Source of the DNA: Parcubacteria group bacterium Gr01-1014_3 | GTDB taxonomy: Bacteria; Patescibacteriota; Minisyncoccia; UBA6257; WO2-44-18 | Length of the DNA stretch: 64,000 nucleotides | Direction: 5' to 3' | NCBI GenBank assembly: GCA_007376445.1 | Contig: VMGF01000001.1 | Coordinates: 188,203-252,202, forward strand | In this document: positions 8,917-17,296 of the stretch, one piece after another | Numbering within the stretch: position 1 is the stretch's first letter | Layout of the letters: each line of letters starts with the position of its first letter | Notes under the pieces: model-generated | What the model was told of the DNA's origin: nothing | What the model saw: the letters and a program-made list of their open reading frames with translations, nothing else | The model's database searches: none | Made by a program: the position numbers and the translations under genes

Positions 8917-9343
8917 ATAACTTCGGTCCCCATTTTTTGGTCAGATTCTCTTTGGGCGGCCAGGACTTCCGGCGCCGCTTCTTTTTTAGCTTCGGCATTC
9001 CCGGCCATTTGAACATCGCCAGCGAATAATATTTCATCACTAGCTTCGGCGTGTAAACATGGAGCGTTTCGGCGATCTCGGTCTTCGAATCGTTGCCCAT
9101 GATATGGATCAGATCCGGGGTCTCGATCATCACGTCGCCCGCCACCATCACATCACGGCGCAAGAACTTCTTGGTCTTCTTATCAAAAACCAGCTGGAAA
9201 ACTTTACCGCTCAAAACCTTTACCTTGCCGTACGACTTACCATGATCATGCGGCCGGCTTTCAGCCCCCGGCGGCCATTTGATGTGAACCACCTCGATCT
9301 TTGGATTCTCGTGAAGAACATGCCGGTCGTATTTTTTCACCAT
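8915..9343 (-). CDS. cupin-fold protein (cysteine-dioxygenase-like)
   Basis: HDHGKSYGKVKVLSGKV metal-binding His cluster on a cupin beta-barrel; Lys-rich C-terminus. Confidence 0.45.
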   Translation of the reverse strand: MVKKYDRHVLHENPKIEVVHIKWPPGAESRPHDHGKSYGKVKVLSGKVFQLVFDKKTKKFLRRDVMVAGDVMIETPDLIHIMGNDSKTEIAETLHVYTPKLVMKYYSLAMFKWPGMPKLKKKRRRKSWPPKENLTKKWGPKL

Positions 9344-9404
9344 CTCGCCAACTCCTTTGAAGTGCTGAAAATAGCTTAATAGAAATTACGTTAACGGGCA
9401 AATG

Positions 9405-9602
9405 CTATTTTTCCATCCAATTAGCATTCACAAAGCTTTCACGAATTTTATCAGCCTCTGCATTGGTCAAAAATCCCGCAAAACAAGCGAGCATGACAAG
9501 GTTGCCAACGGCGGCGGCCTGTAATCCAAGCTGTTCTCTAAATTTTTCTCTAATTTCTTCCATGCTTGGCTTCTGTTCTGCTGGTTCCATTTTCTCTTTC
9601 AT
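9405..9602 (-). CDS. small hypothetical protein (65 aa)
   Basis: ORF only. Confidence 0.3.
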   Translation of the reverse strand: MKEKMEPAEQKPSMEEIREKFREQLGLQAAAVGNLVMLACFAGFLTNAEADKIRESFVNANWMEK

Positions 9603-9663
9603 TTTTTTAAATTAGTTAATTTATAATATACAGAGATAACGACTAGATGATTGTATCATATTA

Positions 9664-9681
9664 GCGGTGAGGGAGAGATTC
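9664..9681. repeat. 18-bp exact duplicate of the tRNA-Ser 3' end (gcggtgagggagagattc), att-like
   Basis: Identical to 10239-10256 at the tRNA-Ser gene; bounds a ~557-bp insertion. Confidence 0.65.
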
Positions 9682-9719
9682 CCTTCGGCTTTCGGCTCGC
9701 ATTGAGCTCGCCGAAATGC

Positions 9720-10019
9720 TCAGGACAAGTCATCACCCCTCACTAAGACTTCGATAAGCTCAGTACAAATATTATATCCCAATTTTCCATCTATCAACAT
9801 CTGCTTCTTTGCGCGAGACCATCCTTTGATTTGTCTTTCGCGCATCGCGGCTTCATGTTTCCCCGGCCACTGCTCGCAATAGACGAACTTTATATCAGAA
9901 AACTTTTTTGTAAAAAGCGACTTTCCGTTTCTATGCTCTAATAATCTTTCCGTGGGGTTATCTGAGATGCCTACATAAAAAGTTTTCTGATCGCAAAGAA
10001 GCAGGTATACGTGCCACAT
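9720..10019 (-). CDS. stand-alone GIY-YIG nuclease (YhbQ/UPF0213-like)
   Basis: MWHVYLLLCDQKTFYVGISDNPTERLLEHRNGKS shows the GIY...YIG, R and E/N catalytic pattern; the C-terminal 18 aa read through a copy of the dispersed motif. Confidence 0.65.
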   Translation of the reverse strand: MWHVYLLLCDQKTFYVGISDNPTERLLEHRNGKSLFTKKFSDIKFVYCEQWPGKHEAAMRERQIKGWSRAKKQMLIDGKLGYNICTELIEVLVRGDDLS

Positions 10020-10040
10020 TTTAGTTATTCCACAATTGGC

Positions 10041-10239
10041 TTGCACTGAGTAGTTCGGCCTTGCTCACTACAAGTTTTCTGTAATGATTTCCGAAGTGCT
10101 TGCACTGAGTAGTTCGGCCTTGTTCACTACAAGTTTTCTGTAATGATTTCCGAAGTGCTTGCACTGAGTAGTTCGGCCTTGCTCACTACAAGTTTTCTGT
10201 AATGATTTCCGAAGTGCTTGCACTGAGCTTGCCGAAGTG
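10041..10239. repeat. 3 x 59-bp perfect tandem repeats plus a 22-nt partial unit/linker abutting the tRNA-Ser 3' end
   Basis: Unit ttgcactgagtagttcggccttgctcactacaagttttctgtaatgatttccgaagtgc x3 with one C>T in unit 2, then ttgcactgag + cttgccgaagtgc. Confidence 0.9.
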
Positions 10240-10329
10240 CGGTGAGGGAGAGATTCGAACTCTCGATACGGGTTTAAATCCGTATAACAGGTTAGCAACC
10301 TGCCGCCTTCAGCCTCTCGGCCACCTCAC
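10240..10329 (-). tRNA. tRNA-Ser (anticodon GCT), long variable arm
   Basis: Acceptor GGTGAGG/CCTCACC, anticodon loop TTGCTAA, variable arm TTATACGGATTTAAACCCGTATC, T-arm GAGAG-TTCGAAT-CTCTC, discriminator G. Confidence 0.85.
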
Positions 10330-10377
10330 CAAAACTACCATTATACTAGTGCTTTTTCGCCAAAATTAAAAGACCTT

Positions 10378-10647
10378 GCCCATAATCCCGATATCAGCTC
10401 TCGCCGCGTTGTTGGCTACAAATGTTCAGATCGCGAAGAAGTGAATCTGAAGCTGTAGAGGTCTACTGCTAGGATTCATCTTTGAAGCGAGCTGACATTT
10501 TAGCAACAACCCGAAGGGATGCGCGGATTTTAATTCATAACTTTGTTGCTCGGATTCGGAGTAGATTTCCACACCTTCATCCTCGCAACTTCGTTCTGAA
10601 AATAAAATCTGCCGCATCGCGGCAGATATTGATATCGGGATTATGGG
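10378..10647. mobile_element. 270-bp element bounded by perfect 19-bp terminal inverted repeats (GCCCATAATCCCGATATCA); MITE-like
   Basis: Left IR 10378-10396, right IR 10629-10647; carries the rho-independent terminator of the upstream minus-strand gene (atctgccgc-atc-gcggcagat + U-run on the minus strand). Confidence 0.5.
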
Positions 10648-10893
10648 CTACTTGGGTCCTTCTTGATCAGTCTCGGCTTTACATCCTTCGCAAGCACAAT
10701 GCTCGCAATGATCCGCGCCCATCAAAACCCGGATGCCGATAAAAATGATCCCGAACACCATCAGCCCTAAACTGCTGATCATCGGTATGATCGGCGCCTT
10801 GTCGAGTGGCAGACAAAAACCGAAAAGAACGATCAAGCCGACACAGATCATCGTGAATGCGATCCGGAGCAATAGCTCGCCGAAGTTCTTCAT
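10648..10893 (-). CDS. small membrane protein with a C-terminal Cys/His cluster
   Basis: Start MKNFGELLL preceded by AAGAGGTGG; two TM helices; ADHCEHCACEGCKAE tail. Confidence 0.45.
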   Translation of the reverse strand: MKNFGELLLRIAFTMICVGLIVLFGFCLPLDKAPIIPMISSLGLMVFGIIFIGIRVLMGADHCEHCACEGCKAETDQEGPK

Positions 10894-10955
10894 CAACCAC
10901 CTCTTTTTAAGAATCCGGCTAAAGAATAAGACTATTTTCATGCTGCGTCAATCGA

Positions 10956-10986
10956 AAACAAAAAGACCCAATGGATGGGTCTTTTT
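10956..10986. terminator. hairpin aaaaagacccaatggatgggtcttttt
   Basis: 7-bp stem flanked by A and T runs (bidirectional). Confidence 0.55.
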
Positions 10987-10996
10987 CAAATTGATT

Positions 10997-11602
10997 TTAA
11001 ACTCTGCCGAAGTCATCGGCGATCCTTCGTTCGTCCATGTCGTCGGAGGGATAATCGGGATCCTTATCCCGTGAAATCTCGGCAAGAATCGCCCAGCCAT
11101 TGGTGCTGCCAAGCCGGTGCCGAAGGAGCGGAGGTATTCTGATCAAGTCGCCGGCGATCGCTTTGGTTGGACGCGGTTCTAGATCCGACCAGCTAACATA
11201 TACATTCACTTCGCCGCGAAGAACTCTCAGATAAGCATCTTTTCGCTCATGGACATGCCATGAAAGCCGCCTGAACTCTTCGATCGCTAAAATCTTTGGA
11301 CCAACCGGATGAAGTAATACTTCCTGAAGCCGACTGCTCTTTTCAAAGAAAGTTTCCAGAAATTTCGCCGCCTGGCTTTCGTGAATTTTGAATTCAATAC
11401 CCCATGGCTTGTTAACCTCGCTCATCGAGAATCCTTTCTCGGCTAAAGAAATGCTAACGTGTTCCGCTACCATTTCCTTCGGGGAATCATTGGCTAACGC
11501 CTTATCAATTTTGTAGGCCTGATACGCCTCGTGCATCCGAACCCCGAGAAGTATCAGCGCCAAAACAGCGACCATCATTCCGATGACAGCGAAGCCGCTC
11601 AT
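10997..11602 (-). CDS. membrane-anchored cupin-like protein
   Basis: Start MSGFAVIGMM after a GGGAG RBS; C-terminal beta-rich domain with HERKD...HRLGSTNGWAILAE. Confidence 0.45.
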   Translation of the reverse strand: MSGFAVIGMMVAVLALILLGVRMHEAYQAYKIDKALANDSPKEMVAEHVSISLAEKGFSMSEVNKPWGIEFKIHESQAAKFLETFFEKSSRLQEVLLHPVGPKILAIEEFRRLSWHVHERKDAYLRVLRGEVNVYVSWSDLEPRPTKAIAGDLIRIPPLLRHRLGSTNGWAILAEISRDKDPDYPSDDMDERRIADDFGRV

Positions 11603-11704
11603 TTTTTTCTCCCTTCGGGCGATCAATTCGCACAAACGAATTGATTTAGCCTTGTGAAAAAGCTGACTATACCCTAACAGCTTAGTCGAAAATAAAAAAG
11701 CCCC

Positions 11705-12334
11705 TTATTGGGGCTTCCCGGATTTTTGCATCGCGCAATCAAAAAGTTCTTTCACTCGCTTATCGCCAGACTCCGCAGATTGCTGATAATGGTATGAAAT
11801 AGTCTCACCGAAAGCGGTGTCGCATCGGAAATTCAGCGAATAAGTTCCCGCTACTTCTTTCATCCATACTTCTAGCAATAGCGTTCGCCTTGAGCCGCTC
11901 CCGATCTCTTCGGGGGTGTAATTCTTATACAGAATTTTGGTAAAGCCATCCCCGTGTACTTCTTCCATCATCCAGCGCAATCGGCCATCCTCTGTCGCTT
12001 TTATCAAATCAGAAAACTGATCTTGATAGCCGAATTCGGCAAGAACTTCTAGGAGTCTGCGCTCATCATATCCTGCCATCTCCTTGAGCCTGGATTCGAT
12101 TTCTGCCTGGCGCGCTGCCTTTTTCTTATCAGCGTTCTTCCGAATTTCGCGAATTAGAACTCTTGTAAAAAACACGGGCGCGGCCGGCAAGAGCAAGCCT
12201 CCTACTAAAAAGACAATGTCATACCGATGGTCAACATGTTCAGACTGAATAAAACTTAATGATAATACGACGGTGATTACAAAAATGGCCCAGCTTAAAG
12301 CCGCCAATAGCCAGAGTCGCCAACTTGCTTTCAT
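11705..12334 (-). CDS. hypothetical membrane protein
   Basis: Start MKASWRLWLL after AAGGAGGAAGG RBS; two TM helices then a cytoplasmic domain. Confidence 0.5.
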   Translation of the reverse strand: MKASWRLWLLAALSWAIFVITVVLSLSFIQSEHVDHRYDIVFLVGGLLLPAAPVFFTRVLIREIRKNADKKKAARQAEIESRLKEMAGYDERRLLEVLAEFGYQDQFSDLIKATEDGRLRWMMEEVHGDGFTKILYKNYTPEEIGSGSRRTLLLEVWMKEVAGTYSLNFRCDTAFGETISYHYQQSAESGDKRVKELFDCAMQKSGKPQ

Positions 12335-12382
12335 GCCTTCCTCCTTGTTAAAAATCTGGCTATATATTATCATTTTGTTCAA

Positions 12383-13822
12383 ATGAAGTCAACTTGGTTA
12401 GATATAAAAAAGACCATACAGGCCGCTCCGAAAGACCCGGGAGTGTACATATTCTATGCTGATAAAACTCCTATCTACGTAGGCAAGGCGGCCAATTTGC
12501 GCGGTCGGTTAAAATCCTACTTAAAGATCACAGACTACAAAACCGAGGCTCTTCAAAATGAATCAACTTCACTAGAACCGATCGTACTCCGTTCGGATAT
12601 CGAGGCGCTCATCGAAGAATCCAGGCTGATCAAGGAATTAAAGCCGAAATACAACGTCCTTCAGCGCGACGACAAGTCTTATAGTTATGTCTATTTCACC
12701 AAGGATGTTTTTCCTAAAATTCTGATTGGTCATCAAAAACCTAAACCCTATACCCTAACCGCTAAACGCTATTCCCGCATCGGCCCCTTCACCGACAGTG
12801 GCTCGCTCCGGACCGCTCTCAACACCATCCGCCGGTACTTTCCATACTGTACGTGCATGCATTCCCACTTGCGGGATTGTCTTAACGCGCAAATTGGAAA
12901 GTGCCTGGGGTTTTGTTGTCTCGCTACGCGAGATCCCGCAAAGCGGGACAAGAAAACCGATCCCGCCGTCATTGCGAGTGAAGCGAAGCAATCTTACAAA
13001 AATTTAGGTAAGATCGTCCCGATTCTTTCAGAATCGAGGACTCTCGATCGTGTAACGATCGGAGCCACGTCCGCGACTAAAGTCGGGACTCGCGATGACA
13101 AAAAAGCGGAATATGCCAAAAACATTCGCAAAATAAAGGCGATTTTGCGCGGCCAAAGCCAGAAGCTCTTGAAAACTCTAAAAAATGAGAATGAAAAAAT
13201 GGCGCTCGAAAAAATTTTTGAACACAAGCCCTATTTGGTAGCCAATGGCCAATCGGGTTTAGCCAAAAGAGTTATTAGAAAAAACGAGAATCAGAATTCC
13301 CTATTGGCTAATCGCTATACCCTAAACCCTACCCGTGTCGAATGCTTCGATAATTCGCATCTGACCGGCAAAGAAGCCGTCGGCGCGCTGACCGCGCTCG
13401 TAAAAGTTAATGGCACCTGGCAGTCCGACAAAAACTCTTATCGGAAATTTAAAATAAGATCGGCCGACACGCAAGACGACCCGCGAATGATGGCGGAAGT
13501 CGTAGGGCGCCGCTTGCGCCATCCCGAATGGCCCTACCCAGAACTGATGATCATCGATGGCGGCATTACCCAGTACCGCGCGGCGAAATCCGTGTTTGAA
13601 AAATTGAAAAATGAATTCCCGGAAATCCAAAAAATTAAACTGATCTCAATGGCCAAACCACAAAAACTGGTTTACGGTCTCGCGGAAAATGATCTACCGA
13701 CCTCAATCGAAAAACTCGACAAAGAACTCCGCCAAGTTATCGAACACGCTATCTACCAGACCCACCACTTTGTAATTCGTTATCACCGCAACGTCCGCAA
13801 TAAGGCTTTTCTAGGCAAATAG
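12383..13822 (+). CDS. uvrC: UvrC-like excinuclease, short form (GIY-YIG + Cys cluster + RNase H-like endonuclease; no C-terminal HhH)
   Basis: N-terminus PGVYIFYADKTPIYVGKAANLRGRL; Cys cluster YFPYCTCMHSHLRDC; endonuclease-domain ECFDNSHLTG...IIDGGITQ; only 479 aa. Confidence 0.7.
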   Translation: MKSTWLDIKKTIQAAPKDPGVYIFYADKTPIYVGKAANLRGRLKSYLKITDYKTEALQNESTSLEPIVLRSDIEALIEESRLIKELKPKYNVLQRDDKSYSYVYFTKDVFPKILIGHQKPKPYTLTAKRYSRIGPFTDSGSLRTALNTIRRYFPYCTCMHSHLRDCLNAQIGKCLGFCCLATRDPAKRDKKTDPAVIASEAKQSYKNLGKIVPILSESRTLDRVTIGATSATKVGTRDDKKAEYAKNIRKIKAILRGQSQKLLKTLKNENEKMALEKIFEHKPYLVANGQSGLAKRVIRKNENQNSLLANRYTLNPTRVECFDNSHLTGKEAVGALTALVKVNGTWQSDKNSYRKFKIRSADTQDDPRMMAEVVGRRLRHPEWPYPELMIIDGGITQYRAAKSVFEKLKNEFPEIQKIKLISMAKPQKLVYGLAENDLPTSIEKLDKELRQVIEHAIYQTHHFVIRYHRNVRNKAFLGK

Positions 13823-13870
13823 GTTGTCATATGATAACCATTGACGGCCTGGTTGTCATATGATAACCTT
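13823..13870 (+). promoter_or_regulatory. two direct copies of an 18-bp near-palindrome (GGTTGTCATATGATAACC) flanking a TTGACG -35; likely operator of the downstream TA operon
   Basis: Exact 18-bp repeat at 13824-13841 and 13852-13869, spaced 10 bp. Confidence 0.5.
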
Positions 13871-13876
13871 CCTAGT

Positions 13877-14140
13877 ATGAACACTGATAAAAAAGAGTTT
13901 TTTTCAACTTCAGAAGTAGCCCAAAACCTCGGTATATCCAGGACGGCTGTGCTTAAAAAAATTACTTCTGGAAAATTGAAGGCCCAAAAAATTGGCCGTA
14001 ATTATGTTATCCACGCCGACGATTTGCCTATAAAGCATGGCGGAAAACTTACCAAAGAAAAAAAGGAGATCATCGATCAGGCTATTAAAAAAACAGTGAA
14101 GGATTACGGCGAGGCCTTGAAGTTGCTTGGCAAAGAATAA
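13877..14140 (+). CDS. HTH (excisionase/MerR-like) DNA-binding protein, antitoxin candidate
   Basis: FFSTSEVAQNLGISRTAVLKKITSGKLKAQKIGRNYVI helix-turn-helix; ends 3 nt before the Doc gene. Confidence 0.55.
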   Translation: MNTDKKEFFSTSEVAQNLGISRTAVLKKITSGKLKAQKIGRNYVIHADDLPIKHGGKLTKEKKEIIDQAIKKTVKDYGEALKLLGKE

Positions 14141-14143
14141 AAT

Positions 14144-14563
14144 ATGAACACCGTCTCTGTTCAAGAAGCTGAATATGCCGCGCATCGATTAGCAAAAGAG
14201 TGGATGAGTTGGAATGAGCCAATTCCAGATTTCGGTACACGTTTTCCTAATATTCTTGAAAGCTGTTTAGCTGCGCCATTTCAAGAGTTTGCCGGCCAAT
14301 CCCCGTATAAGGGATTGCTGGGTAAGGCGGGTATTTTATTTTATCTAATGATAAAAAATCATCCATTCCAGAATGGCAATAAAAGAATTGCCGTTACAAC
14401 CATATTGATTTTTCTTTTCAAGAACAAAAAATGGCTTAGCGTTGATAACACCAGCCTATACAACTTTGCTAAATGGGTTGCGGCCAGCTCCCCAGACGTA
14501 AAAACATCAACTGTTCTTGCCGTAGAACAATTCCTGGGAAAATATATTGTAAACTTGGAATAA
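14144..14563 (+). CDS. doc: Doc (death-on-curing) / Fic-fold toxin
   Basis: HPFQNGNKR matches the Doc-type HxFx(D/N)GNKR motif. Confidence 0.7.
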   Translation: MNTVSVQEAEYAAHRLAKEWMSWNEPIPDFGTRFPNILESCLAAPFQEFAGQSPYKGLLGKAGILFYLMIKNHPFQNGNKRIAVTTILIFLFKNKKWLSVDNTSLYNFAKWVAASSPDVKTSTVLAVEQFLGKYIVNLE

Positions 14564-14622
14564 TTTTCTAAATAAAAGAGGCCGCCTGGGGCAGCCGCTA
14601 AGTTATGATATTTTTTCGATCC

Positions 14623-14829
14623 TTACTCATCGAACACCCAGTTGATGATAATTCCCTTGCCGCCCAACCCAACCAGCATCTCGATGGCCGCCTGCGAAGC
14701 CGATCCGCGCACCATCATCATTCCTTTAATAGGTCCGCCCACATCCAGCTTGATAAACCCGCACTCTTCCAGCCGAGCTACCACCTGATCTAGTGTGGTT
14801 GTCCAGCAGACTACCTTGATCTTAACCAT
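14623..14829 (-). CDS. small P-II-like/DUF2007-like protein
   Basis: 68-aa beta-alpha-beta ORF; weak family resemblance only. Confidence 0.3.
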   Translation of the reverse strand: MVKIKVVCWTTTLDQVVARLEECGFIKLDVGGPIKGMMMVRGSASQAAIEMLVGLGGKGIIINWVFDE

Positions 14830-14884
14830 TGGCGCCTCCTAAAAGACTGTCCGCAGAATATCACCAATCTGTTATAATTCAAAT

Positions 14885-15241
14885 ATGCTCAAGTTAATTA
14901 TCTCCTTAGTCTCTAATATAGTAGCTATCCTGGCCGCTGAATATTTCGTGACCGGCTTCCAAGTTACCCATGAACCGATCGGATTCGCGATCGTGGCCGT
15001 GCTTTTTATGCTCGCGAATGGCCTAATTCTCCCGATGTTGCGCTTCATTTTAAAGCCGATCATCCTGATTACCTTCGGCCTATTCTCTTTAGTCCTCAAT
15101 GGCGCTACTATCTATCTAGTTGATTTTTTCTCCGCAAACATTACAATAAGTGGACTAATGCCGTTGCTCTACGCGACAATCATTATCGGCATGGTCAACG
15201 CGACCTTCGCCTACGGAGCTAAAGTATTCAAACAAAGCTAA
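14885..15241 (+). CDS. DUF360/holin-family-4-like small membrane protein
   Basis: 118 aa with four hydrophobic helices. Confidence 0.4.
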   Translation: MLKLIISLVSNIVAILAAEYFVTGFQVTHEPIGFAIVAVLFMLANGLILPMLRFILKPIILITFGLFSLVLNGATIYLVDFFSANITISGLMPLLYATIIIGMVNATFAYGAKVFKQS

Positions 15242-15245
15242 ATTT

Positions 15246-15464
15246 ATGTCAGATCTTATCCCAATCGCGCAAATCGTAGTTTCCGTTATTCTTATCGGCC
15301 TCATTTTAATCCAGGAGCGCGGCTCCGGCATGGGCGGACTTTTTGGCGGTGGCAACGATCAGGCTTATCAAACCCGCCGTGGTATGGAGAAAACTATTTT
15401 CGTACTCACGATCCTATTAGTAATAGCATTCGCAGTGTTAGCCTTACTGAATCTTGTTCTATAA
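15246..15464 (+). CDS. secG: preprotein translocase subunit SecG
   Basis: Two TM helices with central LIQERGSGMGGLFGGG. Confidence 0.7.
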   Translation: MSDLIPIAQIVVSVILIGLILIQERGSGMGGLFGGGNDQAYQTRRGMEKTIFVLTILLVIAFAVLALLNLVL

Positions 15465-17097
15465 AATAGCTTACATATTAAAGTCTTTGTCTAAGACCGA
15501 GCGAATGATCTTTTTCATCGCTTCGGCAATTTTGGCCGTCTCCGGTTCCATCTGGATCGTTTATCTTTACTACACCAACACTGTTCCCACTCCGATCCGC
15601 GGTGGCACCTACACCGAAGGCATGGTTGGCCAGCCGGTTGCCATTAACCCGCTCATCTCCTCTGAAAATGAAGCTGACCGCGACTTGATGACCCTGACTT
15701 TCGCCTCTTTGGCCGATCTCGCCGAAACCATTAAAATGGACGACACCAAAAAGATCTGGACCATCACGCTCCGACCGGAGTTAAAATGGAGCGATGAGGA
15801 ACCGCTGACCAGCGATGATGTGGTCTTCACCCTCGGCGTGCTTCAGGATTCGGAAAATCGCTCCTGGCAAGGTGTCTCCGTGGAGCGCCTTAGCGAGCGG
15901 GAATTCCGTTTTAACCTGAAAAATCCATACGCTTTCTTCGCGGACAATCTGAAAAATCTGCTGGTAGCCCCTCAGCATATTTTCGACAACATCCCTCCGC
16001 AAAACTACCGCCTTTCTAATTTCAATCTCGAACCAGTCGGTAGCGGCCCATACAAATATGCCGGTTATGAAAAACGAGCCGACGGTTTTATCGATAAATA
16101 CTATTTGGTCATTAATCCGTTCTACGCGCTGGAAAAACCGCTGATCAAAAATTTCAACTTCCGCTTCTTCCCGTCCCGCAAAGACGCGCTCGAAGCTTTT
16201 GATCGCCGCGGTATCGATGGCCTGGGCGGCTTGGATTACGCGGAAGCGGAAAGCCTCAAGATCTCTCACCAAGTCTTGGAGGCTGACTTGCCGCGCTACT
16301 ATGCGATCTTCTTCAACCAAAGCCTGCACGCGGCTCTGAAAGAAAAAGAAATCCGCGCCGCGCTGGACGCCTCCATTGATCGTGCCCGTATCTTGAAGGA
16401 AATTTTCAAAGATAACGCCGTCCGGGTTGATGGCCCGATCCCGCCGATCGTCGCTGGGTATGATCCAGAAATTTACGATGACGCGAAGCCAACTATCGAT
16501 CAGATCAAAGCCAGCCTCGATAAGGCCGGCTGGAAAGCCGATGATACAGGCCTCCGCTCTAAGGTTATCTCGAAAAATAAAGTAATCTTGGAATTTGAAA
16601 TGGTGATCCCCGACGCTAAATTCCTGACCGATACCGCCAATCTGATCAAAGAAGACTGGCTGAAGATCGGCGTAGTTTTGAAACCGGTAATCCTAAAATC
16701 CAGCGAGGTCCGCGACGTTATCAAGACCAGAAATTATAAAATGGTCATCTTCGGCAACATTCTTCACAATGGCAATCCGGATCTTTTTGACTTCTGGCAC
16801 TCCTCCAAACGCTTCGATCCAGGCCTGAACCTGGCTTTATATAGCGACAAAGTGATGGATACTCTGCTGGAATCGGTTCGCCAGAATTTTGATGAAACTG
16901 CCCGTCAGACCGATCTGTTTAAGATCCAAACTCTCATTTATCAGCAAAAGCCGGCTAGCTTCCTATTCTCTCCGAAATACTTCTACGCGGCCCCGCAAAA
17001 CCTGGGCGGTTTCAGCGCTAAACTGATCACCACCTCCGCGAATCGGTTTGAAAACATCAATCACTGGTATTTGAAGACCGCGAGAGTATTTAAATAA
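15454..17097 (+). CDS. ABC-transporter substrate-binding protein, family 5 (peptide/nickel type), N-terminal TM anchor; orphan (no permease/ATPase adjacent)
   Basis: 547 aa with SBP_bac_5-like layout after a single TM helix. Confidence 0.65.
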   Translation: MFYKIAYILKSLSKTERMIFFIASAILAVSGSIWIVYLYYTNTVPTPIRGGTYTEGMVGQPVAINPLISSENEADRDLMTLTFASLADLAETIKMDDTKKIWTITLRPELKWSDEEPLTSDDVVFTLGVLQDSENRSWQGVSVERLSEREFRFNLKNPYAFFADNLKNLLVAPQHIFDNIPPQNYRLSNFNLEPVGSGPYKYAGYEKRADGFIDKYYLVINPFYALEKPLIKNFNFRFFPSRKDALEAFDRRGIDGLGGLDYAEAESLKISHQVLEADLPRYYAIFFNQSLHAALKEKEIRAALDASIDRARILKEIFKDNAVRVDGPIPPIVAGYDPEIYDDAKPTIDQIKASLDKAGWKADDTGLRSKVISKNKVILEFEMVIPDAKFLTDTANLIKEDWLKIGVVLKPVILKSSEVRDVIKTRNYKMVIFGNILHNGNPDLFDFWHSSKRFDPGLNLALYSDKVMDTLLESVRQNFDETARQTDLFKIQTLIYQQKPASFLFSPKYFYAAPQNLGGFSAKLITTSANRFENINHWYLKTARVFK

Positions 17098-17165
17098 GCC
17101 TACTTGATAAATTTGGAGTAGCGTGCTATTATCAAGTTAACGTTTACTTCTCCTCAGAAATATAT

Positions 17166-17249
17166 GCCGAGGTGGCGGAACTGGCAGACGCACTGGCTTC
17201 AGGTGCCAGCAGTCGCAAGACTATAGGAGTTCAAATCTCCTCCTCGGCA
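17166..17249 (+). tRNA. tRNA-Leu (anticodon CAG), long variable arm
   Basis: Acceptor GCCGAGG/CCTCGGC, anticodon stem CTGGC/GCCAG with loop TTCAGGT, T-arm GGAGTTCAAATCTCC, discriminator A. Confidence 0.85.
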
Positions 17250-17296
17250 CACAACTGTTTATTTAAACGTTGAATATAAACTAATTAAAAAAATTA

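Noticed and set aside
9720-9776. The C-terminal 18 residues of the 9720..10019 GIY-YIG ORF as genuine protein sequence
   Set aside because: This part reads through a copy of the dispersed motif. The nuclease domain is complete before it, and the true stop may be effectively earlier or the tail unstructured.
10041-10239. Tandem 59-bp repeats considered as a CRISPR array
   Set aside because: The units are contiguous and essentially identical, with no variable spacers. The same unit recurs 3' of a second tRNA, and no cas genes are nearby.
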